DNA of 64,000 bases, taken from contig MU058718.1 in NCBI GenBank assembly GCA_013265495.1, positions 682,001 to 746,000 on the forward strand, in the 5' to 3' direction. Shown piece after piece: positions 40,340 to 53,030 of the stretch (the first letter of the stretch is position 1; each line of letters opens with the position of its first letter). The position numbers and the translations under genes are program-made. Source of the DNA: Vicugna vicugna (taxonomy: Eukaryota). Below the pieces are notes generated by a model, which made no database searches, was not told where the DNA came from, and saw only the letters and a program-made list of their open reading frames with translations.

Positions 40340-40560
40340 CTGTGGAGCTGGAGTCACAGATTCAAGTCCTTAACTTGGCCCTGCCACTTAACCAGCCACA
40401 TAATCAACTCCCTGAACCTTGATTATTTTAGCTATGAAATGGGTATTAAAAAACTTGCTTTGACCTCAGTTATTCAAATTGAAGATCAAATGAAGTCACG
40501 TACATGAAACCCTCTTATTAACTATTAAGTACTGCTCAGTGACTGTACTGTTATTGCTAC
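40340..40560 (+). mobile_element. MIR SINE
   Basis: ctggagtcacaga...ctgccactta...tgaaatggg. Confidence 0.65.
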
Positions 40561-42119
40561 TAGAATCGAGATTTGTTGGATGTCAGGGATGGACGATCTC
40601 CTTCTTTGTACATCCTTCAGCCTCCATAGCAGTTCCTTATACCTGGTAGGAACAAAAATGCAACTGAAAACAAAAATGTGCTAACCAAATCCACATACAG
40701 ATTTTCAGACCAATTTCCCCCAAACAGATTTAAAGGTAAGCTGTTCTACTTAGAAAATCAAAGCAGTCGGCCAGCACCAAGCAATCAACGTGCATCTACA
40801 AGGTCTGGAACACCCGCAGGCAAAGCAGTTCTTCTTCCTGAATGGCACCTCCATAATGAGATCACTCACTGTTGTGCAAGAGATAAAAAGTTTTAGTTCA
40901 TAAAATTCTAGTTGGTAGCCTGCCATGTCAATTAGCTTCTTATTCTATGGTCATGGCATAACACTAAATTAGAACTAATTGCCCTCTCAATTGACAATTT
41001 GGAGGCCATTAAAATATAGATTAGCTCGAAAGAAATACAGCAACCTGTGGGAAGTGAAATTCTGATGGAAAGGAGATAAACTCTAACATCTAACATTCAG
41101 TGTGTTAATGACCCTGTATAAGGTATTAAAAGAGGATGTTAATTAAAGTAGAGCTACTACCTTTCCTGACCTCCTGGAACTTGGGTCTAAAAGGACAACA
41201 TAACTCAGACACACACACCTAGCAGTAGGGCTGATATCCAGTACGACAATACTAAACCTTGGTCAGGTGCGGAACTGACTTTGCTTAGCATGCTTCAGAA
41301 ACAATTAGAAGGTTTTCAGCAGAAGTCAGATATCAGATTGAAACGGGATCACTTAGAGATGCAATGTACGAAGGGATGAAGTGAAATAGGGAAGAAAATA
41401 GGGAAAGGAAGGCAAGGGAGACCCTTAGTCATGAGCTGAACAGTCCCAATGAACAAAACTATGCAGGGAAATTCAGAGAATTTATTTTCTTTGATTATTT
41501 TATTACAAAGTTCTCTTCTTGAGGTACTTCTCAAGTACTTTACATTTCAAACTGGCCACTTCTTAAGTATGGTGTCCTTTCTCCAAGAATGCTTGCAAAT
41601 ATGGCAACAGATTTTTAAAGAGGTGCAAACGGATTTAACGTCTCATTGTGTAAACATCACCTGGTGATCAGAAGAGTGACAGTTTGTCAATAAACAAGTC
41701 CCACCTGGGTTCACACACAAATCAAAACGGCTTTTCCAGGTTCTGGAAGGAAATGTATTCTTGCTGTTTTCACTGCTGAACTTTGGGGCAGCTAATTACA
41801 GAATGGCAATGTTTACATTACTGTCCCTACGACCTCACACCTGGTATAAGGAAGACTAATGACAGTGTCGGAGGCAGAGATGTGGGAGTAACTGCTCAGC
41901 ACGTCGGAGCGCCCGCACTCTGGCTGTATGCAACAGCAGGAAAGCCCATTACTCCAATTGCTGAAATTATGTCTCACTGGAGTCAAGTTTACAGAAATAT
42001 TTATAGAATTAGCAAAACACTATCATTGGCAGTTTCTTTGGGTTGCCTAATCTCCTGAAAGCTTTTTTTCCCCCCGGGGGATAGAGGGCTGGGAAGGAGG
42101 AATAAGGGAAACCATCCAC

Positions 42120-42221
42120 CCAAAATTGCTAAGTGTTAAAAAAGAAAAGATTGGGCTTTTTGCTGCAGTACTGGACTGTTCAGAAAAAGCATGGCAATCC
42201 AAACCCATGTCATTATTCATC
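42120..42221 (-). CDS. Possible exon, KMNNDMGLDCHAFSEQSSTAAKSPIFSFLTLSNF (donor uncertain)
   Basis: Acceptor tctgtttgttgtttAG; phase matches the post-stop frame of 42605-42690; overlaps ORF 42047..42232. Confidence 0.3.
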
Positions 42222-42604
42222 CTAAACAACAAACAGACTGACCATTACTGTCAACTCCAGATATGAGTTCCAAAGACTTTGATTAGACATTAGAATCCTT
42301 ACAACATCTGGAACGAACTCTGAAAAGCTGTATTTATTTTTCTGATACTTTAAAAAAAAAAAGACTGCATATCTTTCTGTATCCTTCAAGTTTCAATAAT
42401 TTATGTTCCCCCCTCACCAAAAAAAAATCTCTTTTCCCAGTTTGTCCTATATGTTACAAAGTAATTGGGGTGCTCATCGACTGAACTTAGTAACTAAGAA
42501 TAATTGTACAGTCATATGAATAAAACTATTTGCTTTCTTGGCAGTTCTGTCAGTTCTCAGCCTATTAAAAGTCAAAAGTGACTCAGAAGGAAAACAGCAC
42601 TTAC

Positions 42605-42690
42605 TTTCTAGGTCTCAACTGTAGGCTTTTTACCAAACTTTGGTGAACACATCATTTGTGCTCAGTTAAATTGGTTGTTTCTGAAATTTC
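42605..42690 (-). pseudogene. Exon (86 nt) with in-frame TGA at 42652-42654: EISETTNLTEHK*CVHQSLVKSLQLRPR
   Basis: NAGNAG acceptor (TAGCAG), donor GTAAGT; frame open again after the TGA. Confidence 0.5.
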
Positions 42691-43937
42691 CTGCTAGCAT
42701 TGAAATAGATGTCAAAGCAGGTGGTCTCCAAAAAGGTCTTAGATCAGTAGTGCCTGAGATCCCTGGCTCAGTGAGGGTTTGTGTAATAAGACTCAGTGGA
42801 AGGGATTCCAGAAGACAAGTATGGAGTCATTCAGTGATGGCTGATGTCTTTTTCTTTCACACACTGCACACTGATGTGTAAATTACCACATGATCAGAGA
42901 AGACGTGACAGAAGATAAATAGGAGTGGATGAAATCAAGCCAGGTCCATTAGACTGCCTCTTCACACTAAGTACTTATGAAAACAGAAATGTCCTTCCCA
43001 TACTTTCCCTGGTTGTTAAGTTAGAGGAGAAGGGCCCTGGGCAGCCATAGTCCATTTCTTTCCAACATTTCAGGGAGAGTGGAAAGAATGAGAACATTCC
43101 AGGTCAAGGGATTCTAAAGCAGCTGATGCAGTAATAACTGGGACACCCATGTTGTTATCTCCCACTGTGTTCACTACATTTCTACATTGATACCTGCCCT
43201 TAACTCAAATTTAACAAGTCTAAACCAAGCTCATTTCTGTTCCCCTCCACCACCAACAGATCCCTGTCTTGAGTTCTCTACTTCCACCAATGGAATTATC
43301 CATCATTTTCCTAGTATCCAAGGATTAATAAATACTTTGAAATCACCTTTTACACATTTCCTCCTTTCTCACCCATGCCCAAGCTATTTCTTAACAGAGT
43401 TGACATCATAGTTATCAGTTATATCAACAGATTTGGGCCCCCTACCCATGCTCTAATAGTCACTGATATGGATTCAACTTAGCTGTGAATGTAAACGCTC
43501 TCCCATCTGCTCAGGGTCTTTAAAAAATGGAAATGGGCTTTATGATTCCAAAAAGAACTTGAAAAGGACACATGACTACACTGAAGTCCTGCTGAGAAGC
43601 TGGAAACAGGAGAAAATGGCCCTCTGAGAGGTAAAACATAGGAGTGATAGCTGGGACAGGTGTGTAGGCCAGCAAAGACACTTAATGGAACTAAAGAGTA
43701 ACCAGGCCATCAGAACCTCAAAAGAAAAGAAGCTGGCCAGCCATGGGGTCAGAGAGCAAGGAAGGTCACTGGGGAAGCAATGGAAGAAGCCACGCAAGGC
43801 CAGTGAGTCCAGGGAGGTGGGAGAAGAGCACTGAATAGAACCAGTCTATGCCCTCACAAGGCTGTCAGTCTAGTGGGGAGACAGAAAACCACCAGAACTA
43901 GAACGAAATCCCTTCCCCTGCTCTGATCCCTACTCAC

Positions 43938-43976
43938 CAAGCAACCTTCTGCTATGACTTGCCTTTTCATCAAGGT
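43938..43976 (-). CDS. Candidate exon (39 nt), TLMKRQVIAEGCL
   Basis: Acceptor tttttcttcttgcaAGcAG, donor TTG|GTGAGT. Confidence 0.6.
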
Positions 43977-44058
43977 CTGCTTGCAAGAAGAAAAAGCACT
44001 GCCCTGTGGCAGTCATACTTCTCACTGTAAATTCTCATGGCTTGTTTTCACACCTTAC

Positions 44059-44086
44059 TCTATGAGTTTGGATACTGAGTCTACCC
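44059..44086 (-). CDS. Candidate exon (28 nt), AGRLSIQTHR
   Basis: Acceptor ccatttccAG, donor GTAAGG; 82-nt intron to the next exon. Confidence 0.5.
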
Positions 44087-44369
44087 CTGGAAATGGATCT
44101 ATTCCAGGTATATTGACAAATCAGACCAAGGGCTGGACCCAGGAGGGTGGATCCATGGCAGTGTCTTGGCATATCTTCCACTTAACTTTGCAGAGTTCTG
44201 AATATACAGTAAAGTCCCGTGACTCCCAATGACCCTAACTGGACTCAACAAATTCTGCCTTTAGAGAAATGACCTCAGCAATAGAGATGGTTTTGTTTTC
44301 AAAACAACAAAATCTCTTCTAGACAGTATCCAATGGGTTCCAGCAGTTTCTGGATCAATTCATTATTCA

Positions 44370-44705
44370 GCAACAGAACTAAACCACTTCCATTTTCAGG
44401 TGACATTGAGACCCAGCAGCCTTGGAGGGCTGTAAAAAGTGCTTCTCAGACTGGATTGAACATATCTGGAATGCGGGCTCTGATTCAGCAGTGCTGGGTG
44501 GGGCGGCTGAGACTCTGATCTGTAACAAGCTCGCAGGTGATGCAGACACTGCCCATCCATGAAACCTGCTTTGAGAAAAAAATCCCAATACATGGGCTGC
44601 ACAACAGACCAATGAAATCAGAGTCTCAGGGATGGAGACCAGGAATCAGTAGCGCTTAAAGCCCCAGGATGATCCCACAGGCAGCCAAGGCTGAGACCCA
44701 CTGGC
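44370..44705. mobile_element. MER5A-like hAT-Charlie relic(s)
   Basis: gattcagcagtgctgggtggggcggctgagactctg..tgtaacaagctcgcaggtgatgc; aatcagagtctcagggatggagaccaggaatc. Confidence 0.7.
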
Positions 44706-46399
44706 CTAGATGCTGGTCCCAGGCCAGGAGCCTTCCCTCAGCCTGAATCCTTAACACTCAAGAGCAAATCAACAAAGCCCTGTCTCCAGAGGCCTGAGCT
44801 ACTTCCATTTTTTGAAGTTCCTCAGTGTCAAGGCAGAATTACCCAAATGGTGGCATATTGTAAGTGTTTACATTCATCAAGCCAGTGCCTTTACACAAAG
44901 TACAACTTTACGTATAAATTCATTTGACGATAACATCACAAGTGTGCATCTGAGGCCCGGCATAATCCTACATCCTGCCTCCCTGGATGGAAATTAAACA
45001 GAATCTCCACTAGCTGCCTGGTTATTTGAGAAAATTTTCCTCTGAGAACTAGATAACAAGAATGCGAAATGGAAGAGAGACATTATAGCTACTGTTTTCT
45101 CAGTAAGACATCAAAATTGATGTAACAAGAAGAGCACACCCTAAATGATTAATTTCTATTTTAAAAAATCAATATAATATTAATATAAATATGCTTCCCC
45201 CCCTCATTAACAAGCTGTGTCCTAGCATCACTACCACAAACCACTGCCATTAAGGAAAATCAGTTTTCTAAGTCAAAGTCACAAAGATTGTGCTCGGGTA
45301 GCACATTTTTATACATGAACAATCAATAAAATACTTCTCTTCCTCCAGAGAAAAATTTTCATGAAAGAAATATTCATTATTCTATTTCTAAATTTCATAT
45401 ATTATGAGTAACATGGAAGAACTAAATGAATAAAAATCATGCTTAAGAGATTAACTGCCTCTCTCGCCCCAAAACTGCTCTCACTGCTTCACTGGCATAT
45501 CAGAAATGTCTAGCTGTACTTGGACACTCAAAATCAGAAGATTTCCCTTTTTTCTCTTAGACAATGCACTAGAAAGCATCAATGTCCTGTACATTTTAGG
45601 GAATAGATTTGCTTTTTGTTTTTGTTTGGTTTGGTTTTTTGGGGGATAGAGGAAACTAGAAAGAGAATATCTGATCATGAATCTAGGAATGCTTATGGAC
45701 CTCAAAAAGGAGATGTGAAAATAAACACAAATCGAGCAGACCTCAGGAATCTTTAACCCTGAGAGTCTTGCTTCGTGATAGCTTCCTTGGGCTCTCTGTG
45801 TTGGTGGGAGCTAGCAAGGGGAGGCTATTCTGTGACTGTGCTGTTTGAGTTCAAGAGATGCTATTTTAAAAATTCAAACAGGAAATCTGGGAGTTGAAAT
45901 GCGCCAAACCTTCCCCTAGAGGTCATGCCTTCAAAACAGCTCTCAGATGTCAGCTCTTCCATTCTCCTTTCGTCACCTGACCTGACAGGACACTTCAGTT
46001 ACACGTAAGGCGAAAGAAATGGAACAATGATTCTACCCTCCAGGTTCCCTCCATAATTTTAAAATTGTGCCCAAGTTTGCTCAAAAAACCTCGGAGCTTT
46101 AGCCTATATTTCTTAAGACTTCTTTCCCATCTGGTTTAATTGCAGTTTTTAAAAAAATGAGCTCAGATCTAAAAACAGTCAAAATCACTCCACCTTATAT
46201 CAAGACAAGCTGTTTCTGAACTGGGAAGGTAAGGCCAACGCCATATAAATCTGCACCATTTATCATCAGTTCCTTCACTTGGGATCCTCTAGGTAGACCA
46301 CAGCCACCATAGTGGAAGAAGTGCCACTACTATTCTGTTCACCTGGCATTTTAGGCAAGGCTGTTAGTCCCAATTTGGGGATCAGATTGACCTCGTTTT

Positions 46400-46770
46400 G
46401 ATGGTGATGATGATGATGATGATGGTGGCTAAGACTTACCCAGTGCCTATTTTTGTTTCAGGCATTGCACTCAGCAGTTTCCATTTGCTAATTATTTTAA
46501 TACTCAGAACAACCCTATGGGATGGGCACTGATATTAGGTCCCTTTGCAGATGAGTTTGGGTTCGACAGCTGGTAACTGTGGCACCTCAGGTAAGTTAGT
46601 TAAATTCTCAAACCCTTCATTTCAATATCTGAAAAGTGAGGATTACAATAATGGCAACCTCACGAGATGATGTGTGTAAGGCTCTTCATGTAGAGTATAC
46701 ATGGTACCCACCAAAGAGTACCCATCAGGATTGGTTGGATGCCCGGAGCAAGAGGTACTCAGCACAGTGT
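46400..46770. mobile_element. (GAT)n followed by two MIR fragments in opposite orientation
   Basis: aacaaccctatggga...tttgcagatgag; gttagttaaattctc...atctgaaaagtgaggat. Confidence 0.6.
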
Positions 46771-48092
46771 CATTCAGCTGAGGCTGAATTAGGGGGATGC
46801 TGGCAGTGGTAAGTGTGACTAAATTTAAGGTCACCTAGATGATAGACATTCTCCTGAGATCAATGAAAACATCTCTCAAGTCCAAAGAAGACCAATATTT
46901 TAAAAAGTTAATTGACTTGCCTGCCCTTTTTTTGTCTTCCAGCTAAAACAAAACAGGTTATCCCTAGCCACAAGCATAATCTGCTTCCTGATTTCTTAGC
47001 ATGTTCTATATTAAATTTGTTCTAGTCGTTTCTCCAAGTATATGTTACGTAGGGAAAGAACACCTGTTATGTTAAATGCACTGAGTACTAAGATGTGTCT
47101 TACAGACATAAACAGAAAAAAAAATGTAAATGAGAAGGCAGGAGCTCAAGATTATCCCTCCCGCCTTCAAGGAATAAAAGAATTTTAAATATCATTTAGA
47201 ATACAGTGGGAAGAAAGTTGTTATCATTTTTCAAAGTCTTGATAACAACTACATCTGAATACCAGAAACTGATCTTGGCTAATTAACACTTTGACTTGAA
47301 ATAATTACCTATTAATTATATCAATAAGTGAATTATCATTCTTAGCAATTTTACCATTTATAATCCATGCTATTTTCAATCACTGTTAACAGATTTGATG
47401 GCAGTTATACTCCCATTGGAAATGATTCCACAAATCTACTCTCAAAAGATACTTAAAGTGACATATTGATCCACCAAGGGACTCTTTCTTATCTTTTTAT
47501 ATGAAAATTATATATTTTTTCAGCATTTTAAAACAAACATGACTTTTTTTTATAGGATGCTACTATATAGTTAGTTTTAGGGAAAAGTACATTGCTTTAT
47601 AGAGATCCAATAAGTAGTGAAGTAAAACATTTTTCTTTCCTGCCCAAGACACCTATAAGCAATTTTCCAAAGGACAAGTGTTAGCTTTAAAAAAAAGAGG
47701 GCGGGGGTGGTGGTGGTAGAGAAAGCATCTTAGTGATTGGTCAACTTCTCTGAGTACCAGGCAAGATTAGCAGCCCTGAGGAAACAGACCTTAGTAATGT
47801 GGCTCTCTCCAAACTGGAGATGTACCCCTAAAAGGATCTATTAAATTAAATTAACATTTTAAAATATATTTGAAACATATTTATCCATTCTAACATAGGC
47901 TTAAAATCTCTTGATTATTTTCAAGTTTGATGGGAGGTAAGTTTGATAAATGCTTGGGTGGAGGTAATTTGGCTCCTCAATCTGTGATTTCTCAATGTCA
48001 AAGCCTTATTTGATATTTCCTTTGGAACTGATTCTTGGTAGACACTATTTAAAATCTCAAAACTGCAAATTTACTATCTCTTGGTTTTGAAG

Positions 48093-48295
48093 CAGTAGTA
48101 CATTAGTAAATGTTTTAACAACTTATTCTCCAGCGGGAGGCGGGGAGAGGGAGGATTTGTAGCATGTGCCAATTTCCTTGGTGTAAAGACTACCAGCATG
48201 GTTGATTTCAGACTACCTGGGTGATGTCATTGAAAGAGCAGTTGGGAACAGCTGTCCCCAGTCAGCTTGTGGGAGCTGATGTGAGCTCACCACTG
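48093..48295. mobile_element. MER63-like hAT DNA transposon relic
   Basis: cagtagt...gtaaatgttttaacaac...gccaatttccttggtgtaaa...caccactg with cagt/actg termini. Confidence 0.7.
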
Positions 48296-48767
48296 GAAAT
48301 AAAGTGCATCAGCAATATCATATAACTCTAGGCCAATTTTATACTGATTTGCACCAAAAGTCACCTCACCCAAAGTGAAAGCACTTAATTGTTTACTCTT
48401 ATGATGTTTGTCACCAAAAAACTAATAATTGGGGAGCACAATCAATTGCCAACTTTGAGAAAAAGCAGGGTAATAAATGGAATAGCTCCTTAAAGAACAA
48501 ATCCTCTCATACTAATCTCCTCCAATAACTCCTGGCCAGGCCTACAAATTCATCTGTCTTGATGTCAAGAAGGCTTTGGGTCTTTCCCACACCATGTAGT
48601 CACCAATAAACTTGTGAAAACACAGTTTACATCGTGCCCAACTAAAATCAGGTACCGAACTTCCAAGAAATGTATGAGTTAAGCATAGTTATGAGTTGCA
48701 GGGAAGAGAATGATTTTGGGTACACTTATCGAATGGTGATCCTGGTCCAGTTTAAAGTTACCATCAT

Positions 48768-48927
48768 TATAGCACAGGGAACTATGCTCAATACCTTGTA
48801 ATGGTCTATAATGAAAAAGAATATGAAAAGGAATATACATGTATGTATAAATGAATCACTATGCTGTACACCAGAAATTAACACAACATTGTAAACTGAC
48901 TCTACTTAAAAAAAAGTAATTAATTAA
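48768..48927 (+). mobile_element. Young L1 3' tail with TSD
   Basis: tatagcacagggaactat...ctgactctactt; ttaaagttacca at about 48752 and 48928. Confidence 0.88.
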
Positions 48928-50191
48928 TTAAAGTTACCACGATTACTGCCTGACGATTAATTCTATAGATGTGCAAGTCGTGGTAGCTAGAACTCTGATG
49001 GAAAAAGGAGTAGGATGACTCCTTAAAATTAACCATGAAATCTAATGACTCATCAGAATGACTGCATGCAGCATGGGATACCAGATACTTGCTCATTTTC
49101 TCAACTTCAAAGAAGACTGAAATGTGAAGCCACTAGGGAATTGGAGAAACCTAAATTCTCTTCCTACACCATTTTTCTCTGGATTGTGAGGCTCTTCCTC
49201 ACATAATTTTAACAAACCAAGCCTGAGCTCTTGTCTCTGAGTGAAGAAAATGGTTTACTGCTTTCAATGAAATTACTGACATAGTAATTCATGTTTGCAT
49301 GGTCTTACAATACATTGATCGTTTATATATTTTAATGTACAGGTGTATTTATTTTTTTGTTGAACGATATCCCATTGAGTTTGGGAAGCCACAATCTTTT
49401 CATATGCAATTGAGAAAGAAATAACTATGGAAAGGAATATCCCATGGAATATATCATCTCAAGAAAATGAATGACCTTTTCCTCTTCCCTCCTTTGTTCT
49501 CACAGAATTGCAAAGAATGGTACCATGTCTAAACACCTCCACTTTATTAAATATATAATTTCAGTACTTTTAAAAACCTTTGGTTTGCAAATACATATTT
49601 TGCTACTCATCAGGGTTTTGAATCACTTGTTTGACATTTAAATAAAACAAGGATAAATTTTACTCCAAGGTAAACTAACTGGAAACAAATTCCAGCTCTG
49701 GCTTCAGCTTTCACTAGCTCACATTCAAAATTTTCCTTTCACAGTTAAAAGGCATTATTCCTTTATTGCTATCTTGTTAAATAAAATTTCACATTTGTTT
49801 TGAAAATTCAGAATTCTTGAAGTGTGCATTGTTACTTCAGAAAAAATAAACAACTACAAGGCTGGTGACAAGACAGCCATTAAAAGACAGAATTCGTCAA
49901 AATAAAATAATTCTATCAATTTAGCAATAATAAATCAACAATAGTAAGTCTAATTCTACAAAAGCTTTTAACCAAAGGAATTCACAGTAGTCAAGTTTCC
50001 ATATTATTAAATGGGGAAATGAGCCAATGAGAGATTATGCTGACATATCTGGTTATCTAAGGACAGAGCAATTTGTTTTGGATGAGTTGAGCTATCACCT
50101 CGCCAGGAGCTTGGGACCTCAACCAGGAGGGAGCCTTCCCACACTCAGATCCTATGCTCTAAAGAGTATTGACACAACCACGAAGACATAC

Positions 50192-50221
50192 GCAGCTTCA
50201 TACAATGACACAGAGCCCGAT
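50192..50221 (-). CDS. Candidate exon (30 nt), KSGSVSLYEA
   Basis: Acceptor cctattttgcAG, donor GTATGT. Confidence 0.55.
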
Positions 50222-51026
50222 CTGCAAAATAGGCTTCTAATGTAATCAGGAAAGCAAGTAAGAGTGATGACATATTAGTATGTGATCTTTTGGGGAGATG
50301 TACCTGTTCATGAAAGTCTTAAGTTCAAAAGAGTCAAAAACAAAAACTAGGTACTGCCACATAATTCAATAGCATTATGGAAAAGTTATTTCCCTCAGAA
50401 TATAAGAAAGTGTGGAGTAACTCTGAGTAATTTTAAAGAAAATAATAAAGACAGATATAAAATCTGCATGAGCACAGGGAGCAAGGCAATTTATAGTCTT
50501 TCCTATGGGAAGGTTTTATATTTTCATTCTCTCTACAGGATACTCTCAACAGGGGTAGCTATTTAATGGTAGTTATCTTCCCTAGAAAGTGTGTGGTTTA
50601 TATAGAGTCACGTGAGATATACCATAAATTGTATAGCCACTTATAAATACAAGTAAATTTTATTCGAAAGAGGATGGAGTATAGTGAAATTTTATTTTCA
50701 CACAGGAAATTTCTGATAAGAGAAAGTTTTTCTCCACTCACTACTATTGTATAATTAAATCTGTCTTCTGTGGGGGCAGGAGAGGCTCCTGTAATTACTT
50801 TAAAATAACGTTTTATATAATATTATGTAATAATCTAATGTAATAAAATAATGGAATAAAGCTTTTTAAAACAGTATACTTTTAAAACTGTCACTTTCAG
50901 ATAAAATATTCTTACTAGTAATACCATATTGTGATTTCAAGTAAGTCACAAAATAAAAACAATAAATATTAAAATAGAGGAAAGACAGTACCTAATGACA
51001 GAATGTTTTGTATTCTAAAAACTCAC

Positions 51027-51076
51027 TTATATACAGGTTGTATGGAACTTGGAACACTTTCTTTCAAGAAATAATG
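51027..51076 (-). CDS. Candidate exon (50 nt), HYFLKESVPSSIQPVY
   Basis: Acceptor atctcttacAG, donor GTGAGT; only one frame is stop-free and it matches the incoming phase. Confidence 0.6.
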
Positions 51077-51155
51077 CTGTAAGAGATTATCAGGGGCCTA
51101 GGTCAATCCACAAATATCTACTTAACCCAGGATGTTCCTGAAATGTAGTACTTAC

Positions 51156-51192
51156 AGTATCCAGCCACGAAGAACCACAAGTAACAGTTTTT
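51156..51192 (-). CDS. Candidate exon (37 nt), PKTVTCGSSWLDT
   Basis: Acceptor ttattttatacAG, donor GTAAGT; 79-nt intron to the next exon. Confidence 0.6.
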
Positions 51193-52129
51193 CTGTATAA
51201 AATAATTCAGAGTTCCAACCTGAAGAGTCAAATACATCTCCTATACTCTGAACTGGTGTTTCTCAAGGGCCAAGACACTGGTTCGTGTTTTGTATTGTTA
51301 GAAAAAAGAACAGAATTAAGTATCATCACTTACTAATCACATAATCTCAGGTATTTCCTTAACAGCAAAATGGAAGTAATGACACCTGTCCTAGTTACCT
51401 TGGAGGTTTGCTGTCAGCTTTCAATAGCTAGAGTACCCAAAAATGACATTATAAAGCCACCTCCCTCCTCTCCAGGCAGGTTAACATTCGATGGATGACC
51501 AGAAACAGGGCAGGTTTGGTGTCTTGTCCAAGGTTGCAAGACGAACTCGTGAGAAGCAGCCAGGGCCATTGGTTTCTGGTCCATCTCCCTCTGCACTAAA
51601 TGCGGCATCGCATATGCTCTTCTGGTAGTTAATCTTTATCGAATACACATTGGGCAGAGTATCAAAGAAAGGTGACAGTAATAATGGTACGTTTTTAGAT
51701 GACTGAACCTAACTCGGGAGAACCATGTCCCAACCCTGGCCTCCCCTCTGACTCTAGGACTTTCCTAGACAATCACAGAGCCATTTCCCATTTCACAAGC
51801 TCTCTCTCCTTAAATTCTCCCTTAAATTGGGAGAAATAATGTGTCTTCTCCAGTCTTCCTCTTAGGAGGCTGTTCTCCAGCTTTTAACGGGTAAATAACT
51901 GAAAATCAATGAAATTTTGTTGTAAAGCTCTGTGTCCCTTAGGCAAAGAGGGCAAAAACTGCTTGCTTTTATTAAAGTATTATTGGCAACTTGAAACATT
52001 TTATGAAAGGAGAATAAATAGTAACTAAATGTTTCCCACGTGGTTATACAAGGCTTATATGAGGTTTTATAGCTATGGGGATTCAATTGGTGTGCTAAGG
52101 GGGAAGAACGAAGAGGGAAATGTACTTAC

Positions 52130-52166
52130 GGCGGCACAGAAGACAAGAGAGACCCAGACCAAGTGC
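52130..52166 (-). CDS. Candidate exon (37 nt), GTWSGSLLSSVP
   Basis: Acceptor gacttttaaaAG, donor GTAAGT. Confidence 0.55.
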
Positions 52167-52267
52167 CTTTTAAAAGTCACTTCTGTTATCAATATCTGAT
52201 TTTAGGGTCTACATTTATCTCATTACACAACCAAATTTTTGCATTATCGATAAAATGCTTATTTCAA

Positions 52268-53030
52268 AGCTGTGGTTCTCAAACTTTTTAGTTTTAGGAT
52301 CCATTTCCACTCTTAAAAATTACTGCAACAGGAGAGTAATAGCTCAGTGGTAGAGCTTAGCATGCCCAAGGTCCTGGGTTCAATTCCCAGTACCTCCACT
52401 AAAAAAAAAAAAAAAAATTTGAGGATCCCAAAGAACTTTAGTTTATGTGATTGTATTTATCCAGATTATCTACATTACAAATTAAAATGAAGAAAGTTTT
52501 AAAATATTGTAAAATAACTACATATTTTATATGTTAAAATAATAATATACTTTTCTGAATAATGACTGATTTCCAGAAAAAAGAAACCTTAGTGAGAAGA
52601 GCCACAGTTTTTACATTTTTGCAAATCTCTTTGATGTCTGTCTTAACTAAAGTCAGTTAGATTTTCATATCTTCTTTTGCATTCAGTCTGTTGTGATGTG
52701 TTCTTTCAGTTAAAGCATATGAAGAAAATTTAGCCTCATAGAAATGTAGCTAGAAAAGGAAGGAGTATTTTAATAGCCTTTTTAGATAACTGTGATATTC
52801 TTCTTTGATAAACATTAAAACCTAACAACTGGTCGTTCTTTAAAGGTTACCTGCAACATGGAATCTGAATTTTTACTGATGAACTTGTACTCTGAACAGT
52901 CATGAGATAATGAGAACAAAAAAGGCAACGCTTTAGTATTATTGTGAAAGTGCATTTGACCTTGCAGATCCTCTGAAAGGAACTTAGGGACCTTTGGGTT
53001 CCCAAGACCACACTTTGAGGACCTTTGCTT
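52268..53030. mobile_element. Charlie1-like hAT DNA transposon relic
   Basis: gtggttctcaaacttttt...cactcttaaaaattact...ttctttaaaggttacctgcaacatggaatctga...gaccacactttgag. Confidence 0.8.
52331..52417 (+). mobile_element. Short tRNA-derived SINE inserted in Charlie1
   Basis: atagctcagtggtagagc...ggtcctgggttcaattcccagtacctcc + poly-A. Confidence 0.85.

Noticed and set aside
42652..42654. Selenocysteine or programmed readthrough reading of the TGA
   Set aside because: No readthrough motif, no SECIS identified, and other disruptions in the locus favour decay.
50192..50221. SGSVSLYEA resembles a POT1 segment (SGSVSLYEV)
   Set aside because: Flanking exons do not match POT1 as I recall it; short coincidental match, so no gene symbol was assigned.
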